NCBI RefSeq assembly: GCF_964355755.1 | Contig: NC_092674.1 | Location: forward strand, 930,001 to 994,000 | From: Antedon mediterranea | Lineage: Eukaryota; Animalia; Echinodermata | DNA length: 64,000 nt | Direction: 5' to 3' | In this document: piece after piece, positions 24,881 to 36,570 of the stretch | Position numbering within the stretch: position 1 is the stretch's first letter | Layout: every line of letters starts with the position of its first letter | Made by a program: the position numbers and the translations under genes | The notes under the pieces: model-generated | What the model saw: only the letters and a program-made list of their open reading frames with translations | The model's database searches: none | What the model was told of the DNA's origin: nothing

Positions 24881-26855
24881 AATAGAGAAAGTAGCATTAC
24901 TGAAGATCCATCTCAGTGACAGCAGGGAGACATTTTTAGGTGTTCATTGATTTCAAAACTTTTTATTGAATGATTATAAGAAGAATATTTAAACGTTGAA
25001 GAGTTTGGATTGTTTTTATATAAGTATTTATGTGGCAATTCCACATCCAGTGTTGTTTGTATATTTGGATTTATACATGTAATTGTTATGATTTTGGTTT
25101 TCGTTTTGTTGAATATTAGATTTCAATGATGATACATGGTTTGTACGTGAAAATGTGAAAGCCGTTTGTACATGGCTCTAGTATCGGGTATGCTTTGGCA
25201 TCATACTCCTTCAATAGGTATTTTACTCATGTTGAGACCGTATTATACGGGGGCGAAATTGGCGCCCCGTAAATTAGTTGGCTATTTTAATTTGTTTCCC
25301 AGTTTTATTGCAAACGTGCCAATAACCATGAGAGTGGCATATGGGGCAACAATACCAGCGCTTATCAATATTTATTTATTAGTAATTGTTATTTTAAATA
25401 GTATTACAGAATACCATATTATATTGTGGATAGTTATAACAACCATATTTGCTCGTATGCTGACAAAAATTGTAAAATTATAGTATTATTCAACGCCATA
25501 TGATGAGTAGATAGATTTGTTGATATGTACATATTATCACTGATATATCATGACAAATGTATATATAAGAGAAATAGTAATGATTGTTTCACTACGATTT
25601 AAAGTGGATAGAAAGGAAGTGATTCGAGCGTGTTAATATTTTATTATTTATCTAACTTTTAGGTTCAAAATGACGGATGTCAATATATTTAACGCGCAGT
25701 GAAACAGTGATTAAAATCAATAGAAAAACAAGAAAAAGTTGTGTTTTAATTTATTGATGGAATCAGTCAGTGGTTGTAAAGCAAACATCATCACAATCAT
25801 GAAACAAACGTAAAAATAAATATTGTAAAAAACACTACAAAGTCTCATGCTGTATAAACCATTTAATAATAACAATGTTTGTAGTCTACAGCATACAAAA
25901 TTAGCATAATAATAAATTAGCATAATAATATTTCATTGTTCATAATGGCAACTAAAGCTACTTTTTACTTCTGTTTTGTTACGTATGTTTCGGTAATGAT
26001 AGAAAGTCGTGCTTTGGCACTTTTGCACATTTTCGCGTCACAGAAGTGGATGAAAATTAGAATACGCATGCGTCAACACTTTTCGATTCGCGCGAATAAA
26101 TGTGTCTACATATTGGAAAAACAAGCTTACTGGTTCGGAAGATCCGTCGCTGTGATTGGTCTATTAATACGAGAAACAAATTGACGTTGAATTATTCGAG
26201 TTCATGACCATTGTTTACATTGTCACAAAAAATATTGAGGTCATTCCTAGAATATCAGACATTTGACCTACGTCACGACGTCACAATAATGACAATGAGG
26301 TTAACACAAGTTTCTTTCGAAGTTCTAACAAAAGAATTGCAGTAAATATCCGTATTCGCAATAACACCACCACAATGGTTTCACTGACGTACTGTACTTT
26401 TCCTATAAAAACATGAATTGCTTATATTCAAGGTTTACAGTTTATTATCGAATGATGTTTTTTGTTGGACCATCGCGCTAGAAAAATTAATTAACTTTAT
26501 AGCTCACTGGCTAGACGTGACCCGGTTGTCAAAAAGTGTGTAAACAATATACTGTACTTGGTATGTTGTGAAATATCACTTACAATTTGCCCAAATATCC
26601 AAATCAAACTTCTTTCAAGTATTTTCGCTCAACGAAACTTTATAACGCAAACTGATTGTTATATAAATCAAACATTTAATTAAAAGTGTATGGCATGGTA
26701 TAAACGTTGATCTAGTCAACTGATACCAGGGCAGAGCAATTGTAATTTCGCTCTTCCCTGGTGATACTAAGTCAATGACGTCCATGTGTCTTCAGAAGAA
26801 GACGGTTACAAGAATAGTATCAGTAGCAGATTCCCCTTCCTTTCCCCCAAAAGCA

Positions 26856-29800
26856 TCATACACTCCATGATATTCCACGTTTTAACAACTGTTTTTCTGT
26901 GAAAACTTTTGAATGAGCTGTCGTTTCTATATTATCGACAGTTTCTGTAGGCTCTAACGTGTATTCATTTTCAAGTTCATTTATGCTAGTTGGCTTACCG
27001 CCCGTAGAGTTCATTTCAGTTTTTGTAATTTCACTATTTTTTGACAACGAATCGTTGTTTCGTTGCGCGTCCTCGGGCGATTCTTTGAACTCTTTGTAGT
27101 CAGACGATTGCATATTTGTGTTACCTGGAAATGTATTAAGTTTATTGTCGGAAATTGTGGAATTTTGTTTGAAAAAATAATGATTAGGAAGACTGTCATA
27201 CGTATTATACTCTGGTGAAACAGGTTCTAAATCAGATTTCATTAAATGGTTAACATAATTGTCAATTAACTGATCGCCATCGACTTCGCTTTTGGCGCTA
27301 TCTTCTGAGCATGCGCTACTTCGCAGGTCTTTATCAGGCCGACAACGCATTGATATGTAACGTTTTACTGCGCGTGATTCTTCGTCTGTTGCGTTAGCAG
27401 GCGGTGTACTTTCCGATTCATTTTCATCGGGTGCGAAGCCGTTATTGTGAAAAGCTGTTTCATATATATTTTCCATTTTATAAACAATCGTTGCCGACGC
27501 TGCTTCCTGTAATTTAAAATCGTCTGTTGCGTAATTTTCTAACGCTATCTGAATGGTTGGATCTTCAGAGTTTTGATAAACTAAGTTTTCTTTACGTATG
27601 TTGTTCAGATTTGTATGTTGAAGCAGCACTACTGGTATCTGGTATGGCGATTCAACATCTTCATTTTGTATTTTCCTGGCATTTCTCGGTGGAAGTGGTG
27701 GTCTTCTTCCGCTCATTATGGTAAAATATGTGTCACTAATGCTTGTCTTAGTTCTCTGTAAAAAATAGATCGGACGGGTGTAAAAAATAGATCGGACGGG
27801 AGTAACAAATATTTTCAATTTTAAAAACAAAAAAAGAAAGTCTGATCTAACTAAGGAGTGCAATGTACTTTAATATGCAATGCGTGACCCGCGTACACTA
27901 AGATATACGTGCACTTTTACGTGCGCGTACAAATGCTGATGAAAATAGTACGGATTTAGTAGGCACGCGCGCCAAATTTGTATTTTGTAGCGTTCCTAAC
28001 TTTTTACTTTCATAACCATATTTCCTGATATGTACAGTATCAAAATTAATTTGAAAATAAATTTATATCCCAGGTAATTGCAAATGACTCAAATGATTTA
28101 GTTACACATGTGACACGAATATATACGCCACTAGTGCTTCGTGGGACTCGTAAAACGATATTAGACGTCAAAGCCAATTTAATTGATAGTTTTTGTAAAA
28201 TACCGTTATACCTATTACAAAATCTACGTTGATCCATTTGAATAGCTTATTGTTTCTAAATTTCTAAAGGAATTTTTTTGCAACTTTGAATATGTCACCA
28301 TAGCAACATTTTTGTCCACTTTTCGTATACGATTGTTGAGTTTGTAGTAAAAAAAAATTACCTTCCAAGAGTGTTTTCTTTTGCTCCTTTTTGACCTAAA
28401 GTTGATAAAAAAAAGGTAATGTTAAATAATCATACTCTGATATTAGTTCGATCGTGTAAAGAGATATATATAGTATACGTGTTAGAGCATGTGGGATTAT
28501 CCCGTCATTAAACGGAGTGACATATCAGGGAACATAACTGCTGATAAATTTGGGAAACATGCTTAGTGTAGCAATAGTAGTATTGTATTTTAGTATTTTT
28601 TTATAGCATTTGGCTGGCAACAAAGTTCCCTGATATTTCAATATTAACTTCGACGACACATGGTACCAAATCAATCCATAATGATATAAATTACAGTATC
28701 TTTGTAAATATTTATTTTTTCTGAGTTATTTTAAACAGATTTTCAGCTTATTTTTATTTTGAATAACTTATCTTTAGCTTATCATAGACGAATGAGAGTT
28801 GCCCTCAAAATTGTATCATAAATCATAAACTTTAATACAAACCTTTTAATACACAAATGTAATAATTTTGCAACAAGAAAGATAATGAACATAGTCGTAA
28901 GTACCGCTACAATTCCGATGAGGCAAAACACAAACGTCGACGAGAACATCGTTCCTTTATCGGACCTGGATTTCACCGTTGTTGTTAATCTTACGTTCTG
29001 ATCATCATCATCAGCATTGGTGTAGAAATAACTGAACGATTCTGGAACCGAAGACGTACTTTTATCATCGGAATCGGAAAGGTTTCGTGAGGTTAGATTA
29101 CGTTGAATTGGATCTGAAGAAACTGAATTTTGAGTAGAATTAGGTGTGGACAAATTCGGATCCGGTTCAGGAGAAATATTATTTTGATCAGGATTAGAAG
29201 TACGTATTTTTGTAACCGGCTTGCTTCTAGAAGTCGTTAAAAGTTCTTCTTGGATTGTTGACATCTGTATTGTGGTTATTGTTTGTTTATATTTATAAGT
29301 CTGTGAGTCATTATCGGTTGAAACGTCATAATTGGCAGAATGTGATTGCAAGGAGGCATGTGTAGATCCTGTTGTTGATGCCTCCATCATGGAATTCCCT
29401 GCGGTGATGCTTTCTCCTATTTCAGTTTCTGTACTCATTTCCCTGTCATTACTCCTCGTGGGGTCCTCCTCGTAAACTATTATTGTAGTAACTGTGGAAT
29501 ATTCAGTTTCTGGTTCAGTTGGTTTTACTCGTTCATTCCCTGCAAATAAGTAATTTAGTTATAATATATACTAAAATAGAAGTTAAATATCTGTAATATT
29601 TAATGTGATTCATTGCGCCTGACATTATGGTTATTATGCCTATTGTTAAGAAGAGCATGTACGGATAATGCACGCTTTACTTAGTTTATCCCTTCCTTCA
29701 GTCGACCTTTTGTTCTGTTTTGTTTTCCCGATTAAGTTAAAATGAATAGCCGGATCATTTTTGATCAAAATAGACTGTACCTTTTTTATACCACAAAAAG

Positions 29801-30328
29801 AACGAAAATCCGGAGTCAAGGAAGAGGTTAATAAAGTATAAATACTGAATGTATTCATTTACTCAAGTCACGCTGGTCGATAATCATAAATAGATCATAC
29901 CATTTTAATGATGCGATAAGACATCTCACAATATCTTTATGATCTCACAAAATAATCGAAAATCTGCGATTTAATCATACTACTTGAACAATTAGCTCTT
30001 GAGACACCGAGCGAGGATAATACTGTGAATAACCTCGTGAAGGAATTTATAAATTAGGTAGGGTTAATCCATGATTGTTATTCCGATAAAATTAAATGTT
30101 GAATCACGAATTTTCCTTTGATTACTTTTTTTAGTTTAAAAAAATCGGCATTTTAACTAATAAAATCGAACTTAAAATTGAAAAAATAGTCGAAATTCCA
30201 ATGTACGTACCTGTTGATGTAATTGCCATTACTACTCCACGTTGGTCGAAACAGTAAACAATACAAAAACAAAGAAACACATGCAACTTAATTGTTGCAT
30301 GGTTTAACCGATTACTGTGGAACTGCAT
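26856..30328 (-). CDS. Orphan type-I single-pass membrane protein, 582 aa: signal-like N-terminus, Ser/Thr-rich ectodomain, TM helix, Tyr-motif-rich cytoplasmic tail
   Basis: Exons 30328-30211, 29539-28843, 28395-28362 and 27755-26856 join in frame via GT-AG (1749 nt). They link the 218-aa and 335-aa track ORFs through the 34-nt exon SKRSKRKHSWK. TM segment FVFCLIGIVAVLTTMFIIFLVAKLLHLC. Probable upstream 5' exon with donor at 30707; AATAAA on the minus strand near 25750. Confidence 0.75.
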
Positions 30329-32122
30329 GCTTTCATGCGCCAGAACAACACATCTGCTAATTCCAACAAAATCGCAGATAGAAAATGAAGGAATAAATTA
30401 ACTTGCAGGAATAAATGGAAGATAATGTTCTCTCGATGTGTACGGTATCTCTACTCAAGCTGCGTGTGTCAATGTTTGACCTGAACCAATAGTCGATTGA
30501 GTTGTTGTGACCGCGTTTTTGTAAGATTGGTGTATTTCTAACCTTCTAACCAGGCTACTTCAATTCAGTTTATTGTCACAACGACACGCCTCAATAATTT
30601 TAATCCAAATAACCTTGGACTTTTATAAAACTTTAAAAGAAACAATTTTACTAATAATGGCATGATGTTTACAATCAGTAAAGCACGTAATTTCAAAGAA
30701 ACTTACCAAAAGTTTTACATAAAGTTAATTTAGTAATTAAAAAATGCATTTTCATCTTTGAAAAATTCGGTGAAAGTTCAGAAAAAAATATTAAATCGTC
30801 AACAACCAGAAAAATAAGGAGAAATTGATGAAGCTGAAGAGTTCAATATAAAAAAGGTTTAGAGAGTGCGGGATTTGATTTTCACAAAGCGTGTGCTCCC
30901 CACTTGGACGCGCGCGCGCAACGCAAGAAAGTAAGCGTAAGGCAAGTGAGTTGACAACAGTTTCGGATCATCCATAACGTCGCAATTGGTAATTATCATC
31001 AATCTCAGATATAACCAATCGCAGGCAAATATTTTTGGCACATATTTTCTGAACATTATCTTTTTCAAAAATGTTAACATTTTTCTCCATAGTTAGTTCA
31101 AACATTTTAATTATTTTTGTCTCGAATTATTAGCATTTTCTTATTCCAATTTCTAATCGTATATTAAGGCCACAGATCAAGAATAGTCCGACTCTGAAAA
31201 TAGCAAAAAAAAAACATCATTCTGTTGATAAGATTTTATAATTTCCTCACCCTGGGGTGGTGATAAATAACTTTGCAAACATTTTATACATTTTTATCAA
31301 CCAGCTATGTTACAATGAATCTACTATTGATGTTTATTCCCCGTCGTAAGGGAATTGGCTTAAATCTTGACAGCAGTCACGAAGTGCTTAAGGCGTCATG
31401 AGTAGGTTATTATGTCGTCATGTGTCGCGTGGCCTAAACAATTTATGACAAAAATTCATATCATAGATAAATACCGTAGTGTAAAAGTAGACAACAGAAA
31501 GGAGCTCTGTGGTCAGAATCAGACGAAAGAAAGTTAGAAAAACCAGACCCATGCGGAGTCAGCGGATTTTCAATAATTTTGCCAATGCATATTTTTTCAT
31601 ATAGTGCATTTCTTGGTTAAGTGCTGATAAGCAATGAAGTTCAGTTGAATAGATATATTTTTTCTAACTTAACACTGGATAAATGACAATTATGGTACCG
31701 GAAAGTCAATGAAGTTTCACCAATTATTATAAGTTTTTGGATTAAGAAATCAATCTATGAATTTGTACCGTATTTCATGCCTTGACACTTGAGAAGTGAC
31801 AGACATGAACTAACTAATTTAAACTCATAAAATAAACTATTCTAGATGATAGATCATAATTTTGGAAACTTTTTAGGAATTGATAGATAGAGGGCGGTAT
31901 ATAAATAAAGTTTTCCGACGTTTGTGTCGCTCCCTTTTCTGGCATTTTTATGCTTTTTGGAATTATTTAGAGGCCCACTGCATCTCGCATAATGCCGCGA
32001 CATTATTTATCCGTTTTTAGTATAATCTGGCATAATTTTGTGTTTTTTGAACAACTAAAAAATTAATATAATTAAACAACTGAACAAGCATGGCCATCAT
32101 CCAACCAACCCATTGCAGTACA

Positions 32123-32616
32123 GTTGGTATGCCGTACGTTATTATGCAAATGAGTTGGTTCAGGTGTAGTGGGGAAGATGGTGTTGTTAGTCATTGTGGT
32201 CAACAAGCCACACTGTTGAATGTTGATGTTGTTGATCTTTACATTTGAAGATTATTCAAATCTTGTAAAAAAAAAATTTTCTCTGGGCAGGAACCTAGCA
32301 GATCCCATCATTTAGTTTGAAAGTAATCTCGAAAAGAAGTAGGCCTAAATCTGGAAAAGAAGCCCGCCCAAGAATACTAAAAAATGAAGGAGCAAATTTG
32401 GCTTCAATTGGCCTTAGTGCTGAGGCGGCAAGAGCACACGATAACATCTTTTATTTTCTGTGGCTTTCGCCACCCGATTTTTGATTTTGTAAATATTATG
32501 TTCAGCACAAAAATCAAAATTTGTGTGGCGTGTTGACGGACCGCGAATGACTACAATACCATGTTTCCCACTACCCCTTCACAAACTCATTTGTATAACA
32601 ACGCCGACATACCACC
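32123..32616. mobile_element. Foldback MITE with ~90-bp TIRs; second, right-truncated copy at ~33612-34010
   Basis: ggtatgccgtacgttattatgcaaatgagtt...tagtcattgtggtcaacaagccacac is inverted-complementary to gtgtggcgtgttgacggaccgcgaatgacta...aactcatttgtataacaacgccgacatacc. Confidence 0.75.
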
Positions 32617-33078
32617 AACGATGAGATATAATTTTTTTCTAAATTAACACGTAACGAAGAGAGTTATAATTCCCTTTTTTCTGACATTAAAGTGTTAGTC
32701 ATTCGCGTCGGTCAACACGCCACACTGTTACATTTTGATGTTGTTAATCTTTTAAATTATATTATACTCAATTAACTTGACTCTCTATATATCTCACTTT
32801 CAAAATAAAAGAAAAACATTTAACATTTATTTTTAAATAAAAATCCGTAGAGGTTCGAACCCCAGCTAGTAGAGCTGGGAGATTCCAATCCAAACGATAG
32901 TTACTAGAGCACTACCCGTTATGCCACAATGTAGGCCTACACGAGTAATGAACGGTGACAATAGTATAGTCTTATACGGGCTTCATATTACGTCATCTAA
33001 TCGTTACGTCATAAATGTGCATATTCATGACGTAATTTAGAGTAAACGATTCTAGTTTTAACCTTGCTATAAACCAGA

Positions 33079-33300
33079 GGGCCGGATAGCTCAGTCGGTA
33101 GAGCGTCGTGGAACACGATTATCGTGGGTTCAAACACCATGCCGGTCGGTGGAAAAGAGTTAAAGCTATGCGAGATTTAAACGTCCCCCTTTCCACCACA
33201 CATTATGAGGCAATAACATCAAAGCATCTGATGTGTGGTACCCCCAAGGCTGTTAGAGAGCCTTACCGTGCTAGAGGCAAGGGAGCACACCATAATCATT
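33079..33300 (+). mobile_element. tRNA(Lys-like)-derived SINE
   Basis: Head gccggatagctcagtcggtagagcg (A box), ggttcaaacacc (B box); the anticodon arm is disrupted; ~150-bp unique body follows. Confidence 0.65.
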
Positions 33301-34702
33301 TTTTTTTGGCTACCCGCCTCTTTTCGATCTCGTAAATTTTATGTTTGGCGCCTTCAATTTTAAGAATACCTAAGTTATGTCAGAAAGTATTAGGATCAAA
33401 TAAATAGAAATTTGTTGTGAATTTTTAACTTTGAACAAACGAAAAGGATTTCATGTGTTTGAGCATGAATAAATGATATTGAATTAAGTGAATAATTGAT
33501 AATGAGAAATCAAAACAACTGATACAATGATTAAATGATGAACAATGCAGCCTGAACAAGCATGGCCATCTAACCAACCCATTGCATGCTACCCCTATAC
33601 AAATATTGAACAGTTGGTATGCCGTACGTTATTATGCAAATGAGTTGGTTCAGGTGTAGTGGGGAAGATGGTTGTTAGTCATTGTGTTCAACACGCCACA
33701 CTGTTGAATGTTGATGTTGTTGATCTTTACATTAGAAGATTATTCAAATCTTGTAAGAAACAATTTATCCGGGCAGGAACCTCAGATCCCCTCATTTAGT
33801 TTGAAAGTAATCTCGAAAAGAAGTCCATCTGGAAAAGAATTGAAGGAGCACATTTTGCTTCAATTGGCATTAGTGCTGAGGCGGGAAGAGCACACGATAA
33901 CATCTTTTATTTTTCTGTGGCTTTCGCCACCCGATTTTTGATGTTGTAAATGTTATGTCTAGCACAAAAATCAAAATTTAACAGTGTGGCGTGTTGACCG
34001 CGAATGACTAAACACGTAATAGTAGGGCGGCCAATGTGAGCTTTTTCATCATGGGGGGAATTTTCTGTTAATAGCAGGCAACCATGTGGAATATATCCCT
34101 TATGGGATGACAAAAAAGATAGGGGTGGATGCCGCTCTCAAATTTCAGGTCAAAGGTCATTTTCAAGGTTATAAGGTCAAATATGGTAAAATAGAGGTTT
34201 AAGCTGTTTTCAACAACATATAAGCTAATTAAAAGAAATGTAACCATTATTGGATCATTATTGACATATTGCTGTAGATGGTGAAGTTCATCAATTTTTC
34301 AACTTACAAGTTTAAAGGTCATTTCAAGGTCATAAGGTCAAATAGAGCACAGACCTGTTAATTATCGGTATTAATAATTGAAATAAATATAATTTTCATG
34401 ATAGCCTGGGGCTGATGGTTATAGTGTGGTGTCAAAAAGACCAGAATTGTACTGGGAAGATTTTAAACTTTTTGAGTCACTCCTGGAAGGTGTTCAAGGA
34501 ATGGAGAGGATGAGTCCTAGAGTATCAAAATAACCGAAATTGGAGGCCTACTGGAATGTCTTAAATTTCATTTAAAAACGGAGGTTTGTGGGTGGGGAGT
34601 AATGGGCGGCATGGGCACATGCCAAATATTAGAAATTTTTCTGGGATGGAAGGAGGTAACGCTCTGAGGTGGGTATTTCTTCAAGCACTGATATATAATG
34701 CC

Positions 34703-35940
34703 TACTGGCCATCTGGGTAACGGCAAACGATTGAATCACAACCACATATGCATGCTTTCTGTAACCACTTCATCTGGCTCTTTAGTTTACATACACATGT
34801 AACAAGTTCCAAACTGACAACTGGGTTAGGGGCTTCCAAACAACCCAATTCATTTAGGCCACATACTGATAGCTCTGCCTGATAGTTGGCTCGTATGTTT
34901 AGGTTCTATGATGTCGGTATTCACCATAGGCGAGTTTTTTTTTATTTTAAGTGTAAGTAGAAATACAGGTACTTAAATATTTATTGAGTGAAGTGAAATA
35001 CTTATATTTAAGGGAAATATATATCACTAGTGTTAATGGTATATGGTCACTGAGTCTAGATGGAGGTAGCACCAAAGAGTAGTCGTTATTATACAGTTCT
35101 GCTCAAGAGTACCATATATTTGGCAATATTAAACTTTAGTGTACACTGTACGTGGAAAGTCTTAATCTTAATCAATTCCATTTACAAGGAGTGGATGGGT
35201 TACAAATGATTTCCAGTATGACCTCTTCCCATAACCAGCAAATAATGACGTGCTGCAACCTGTAATGGCATGGAAGCTGGTTAGATTATTCTTAATAGGT
35301 TTTCAACCACTTTATTGTTCACTATACCAGACATCGTCCATACTTTTGAAGGCTACTGTTACAAAGTGCATATCATTAATTAACATCAACTTTCATGTAT
35401 AATTGCAAGCTCTTTGTTATTGACATAAAGAATGTCTAAAAACTTTGTGATATTTGTTCTCCTCCAAACCGATGAGTGTGGCCCAAAACACATACGGAAG
35501 TACAGATTAGTACATTGGGACTATCCTTTTAATCGTGTCACTGCTTTTACCCACCCCTTTCCAATGTAATGATCAAATACAACAAAATAACTTGCATAAA
35601 TACTTGCATAGTCACCAAACGTTTACAGCCATGTTTACTGCATCAGATTCCTATAGTGCATGACCATCATGTTTTTACTGTAAGTTTTCTTCTGGAACAT
35701 CTGTGGGTATTTCAACGCCATCCATCAAGATATGTGAAGTCATATTTGGTTAAAGATATTAAAATTGGGCTATGATCATACTCCAATGGTTGATCAGCAG
35801 ACTTTCTGTCAGTTTTTATATACTTTATCGAAACAGTTGCCTTATAGAAATCCGCAAAGGTTTAGAGCGATGCTTTCTCAGTAGCTCATGAAGTTCTAAG
35901 TTCTACTGTTTTTTTTTCTTTCGATAAGTTGTTATTTTAA
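34703..35940 (-). pseudogene. Frameshifted Academ protein remnant (XPG/H2TH-like nuclease region plus C-terminal Cys cluster)
   Basis: Minus-strand fragments LRKHRSK.FADFYK, DGHAL, FGDYA, VFDHYIG, VWTMSG, NLTSFHAITGCSTSLFAGYGKRSYWKSF, RANYQA and LELVTCVCK..ACICGCDSIVCRYPDGQ*, with many stops and frameshifts. Confidence 0.75.
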
Positions 35941-36164
35941 ATAAAAGATCTTCCTTATCATCTGTCAGTTCGAAAGAATATTGTGTATTATGTGTGATTC
36001 GTGATCAGTCTGACAATGTCATGCAGAACCTATCAATGAATTACAGCGTTTCTTGTTATATACCAATGATTCTATTTTGAATTGATCAATCATCCACTCA
36101 GTGTTTAGAATATTGGTTCTGATAGTTTTTTTAAATTTGTTTACCCTTTTAACCTCATTTCTAC

Positions 36165-36570
36165 AACGAATCCAATCGGTTTTTAAATGTGTTGGTGGTT
36201 TCAGAAATGACGACTTTGGTTGGCAAACTATTAAAATATATAATTACTAATTGTGAAAAAGTGGATCTCCTATCAGTCCTTTGTGAAATTCAGGTTTAAA
36301 AAGTCTAAGCTGATGTCCTCGTGTATTTCTGCTTAGATTGCATCTCATTTGAAGGAAGTCTTCCTTGGCTACACCCTCGAAATCTTTTGAAAAATTTCAA
36401 TCAAGTCACCATGAATTCGTCTGTCATACAGGCCAAGAAACTTTAAACGATCTTCATATGAATAAGAATGGATAGCTGCAATTTGATTTGTCGCATGACG
36501 TTGTCCTCTTCAAGTGTGTTTATGTCTTTTTGGAGAAATGGATTTCATACCTGGACACAGTATGTAACGT
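36165..36570 (-). mobile_element. CR1-clade LINE ORF2 3' fragment nested in the Academ relic
   Basis: Minus strand YCVQV*NPFLQKDINTLE..QRHAT...SYEDRLKFLGLYDRRIHGDLIEIF...TRGHQLRL...NSLPTKVV...NTFKNRLD, the typical CR1 post-RT C-terminus. Confidence 0.8.

Noticed and set aside
26856-27755. Homology of the orphan tail to NYAP adaptors (NYAP1/2 lie in the same vertebrate paralogon)
   Set aside because: NYAPs lack a TM segment and I see no NYAP-like motif beyond a single generic YxxM.
33079-33150. tRNA-Lys gene
   Set aside because: Only the 5' part matches; the anticodon and acceptor arms cannot form. Treated as a SINE head, like the tRNA-like pieces at ~32845-32930 and ~52785-52840.
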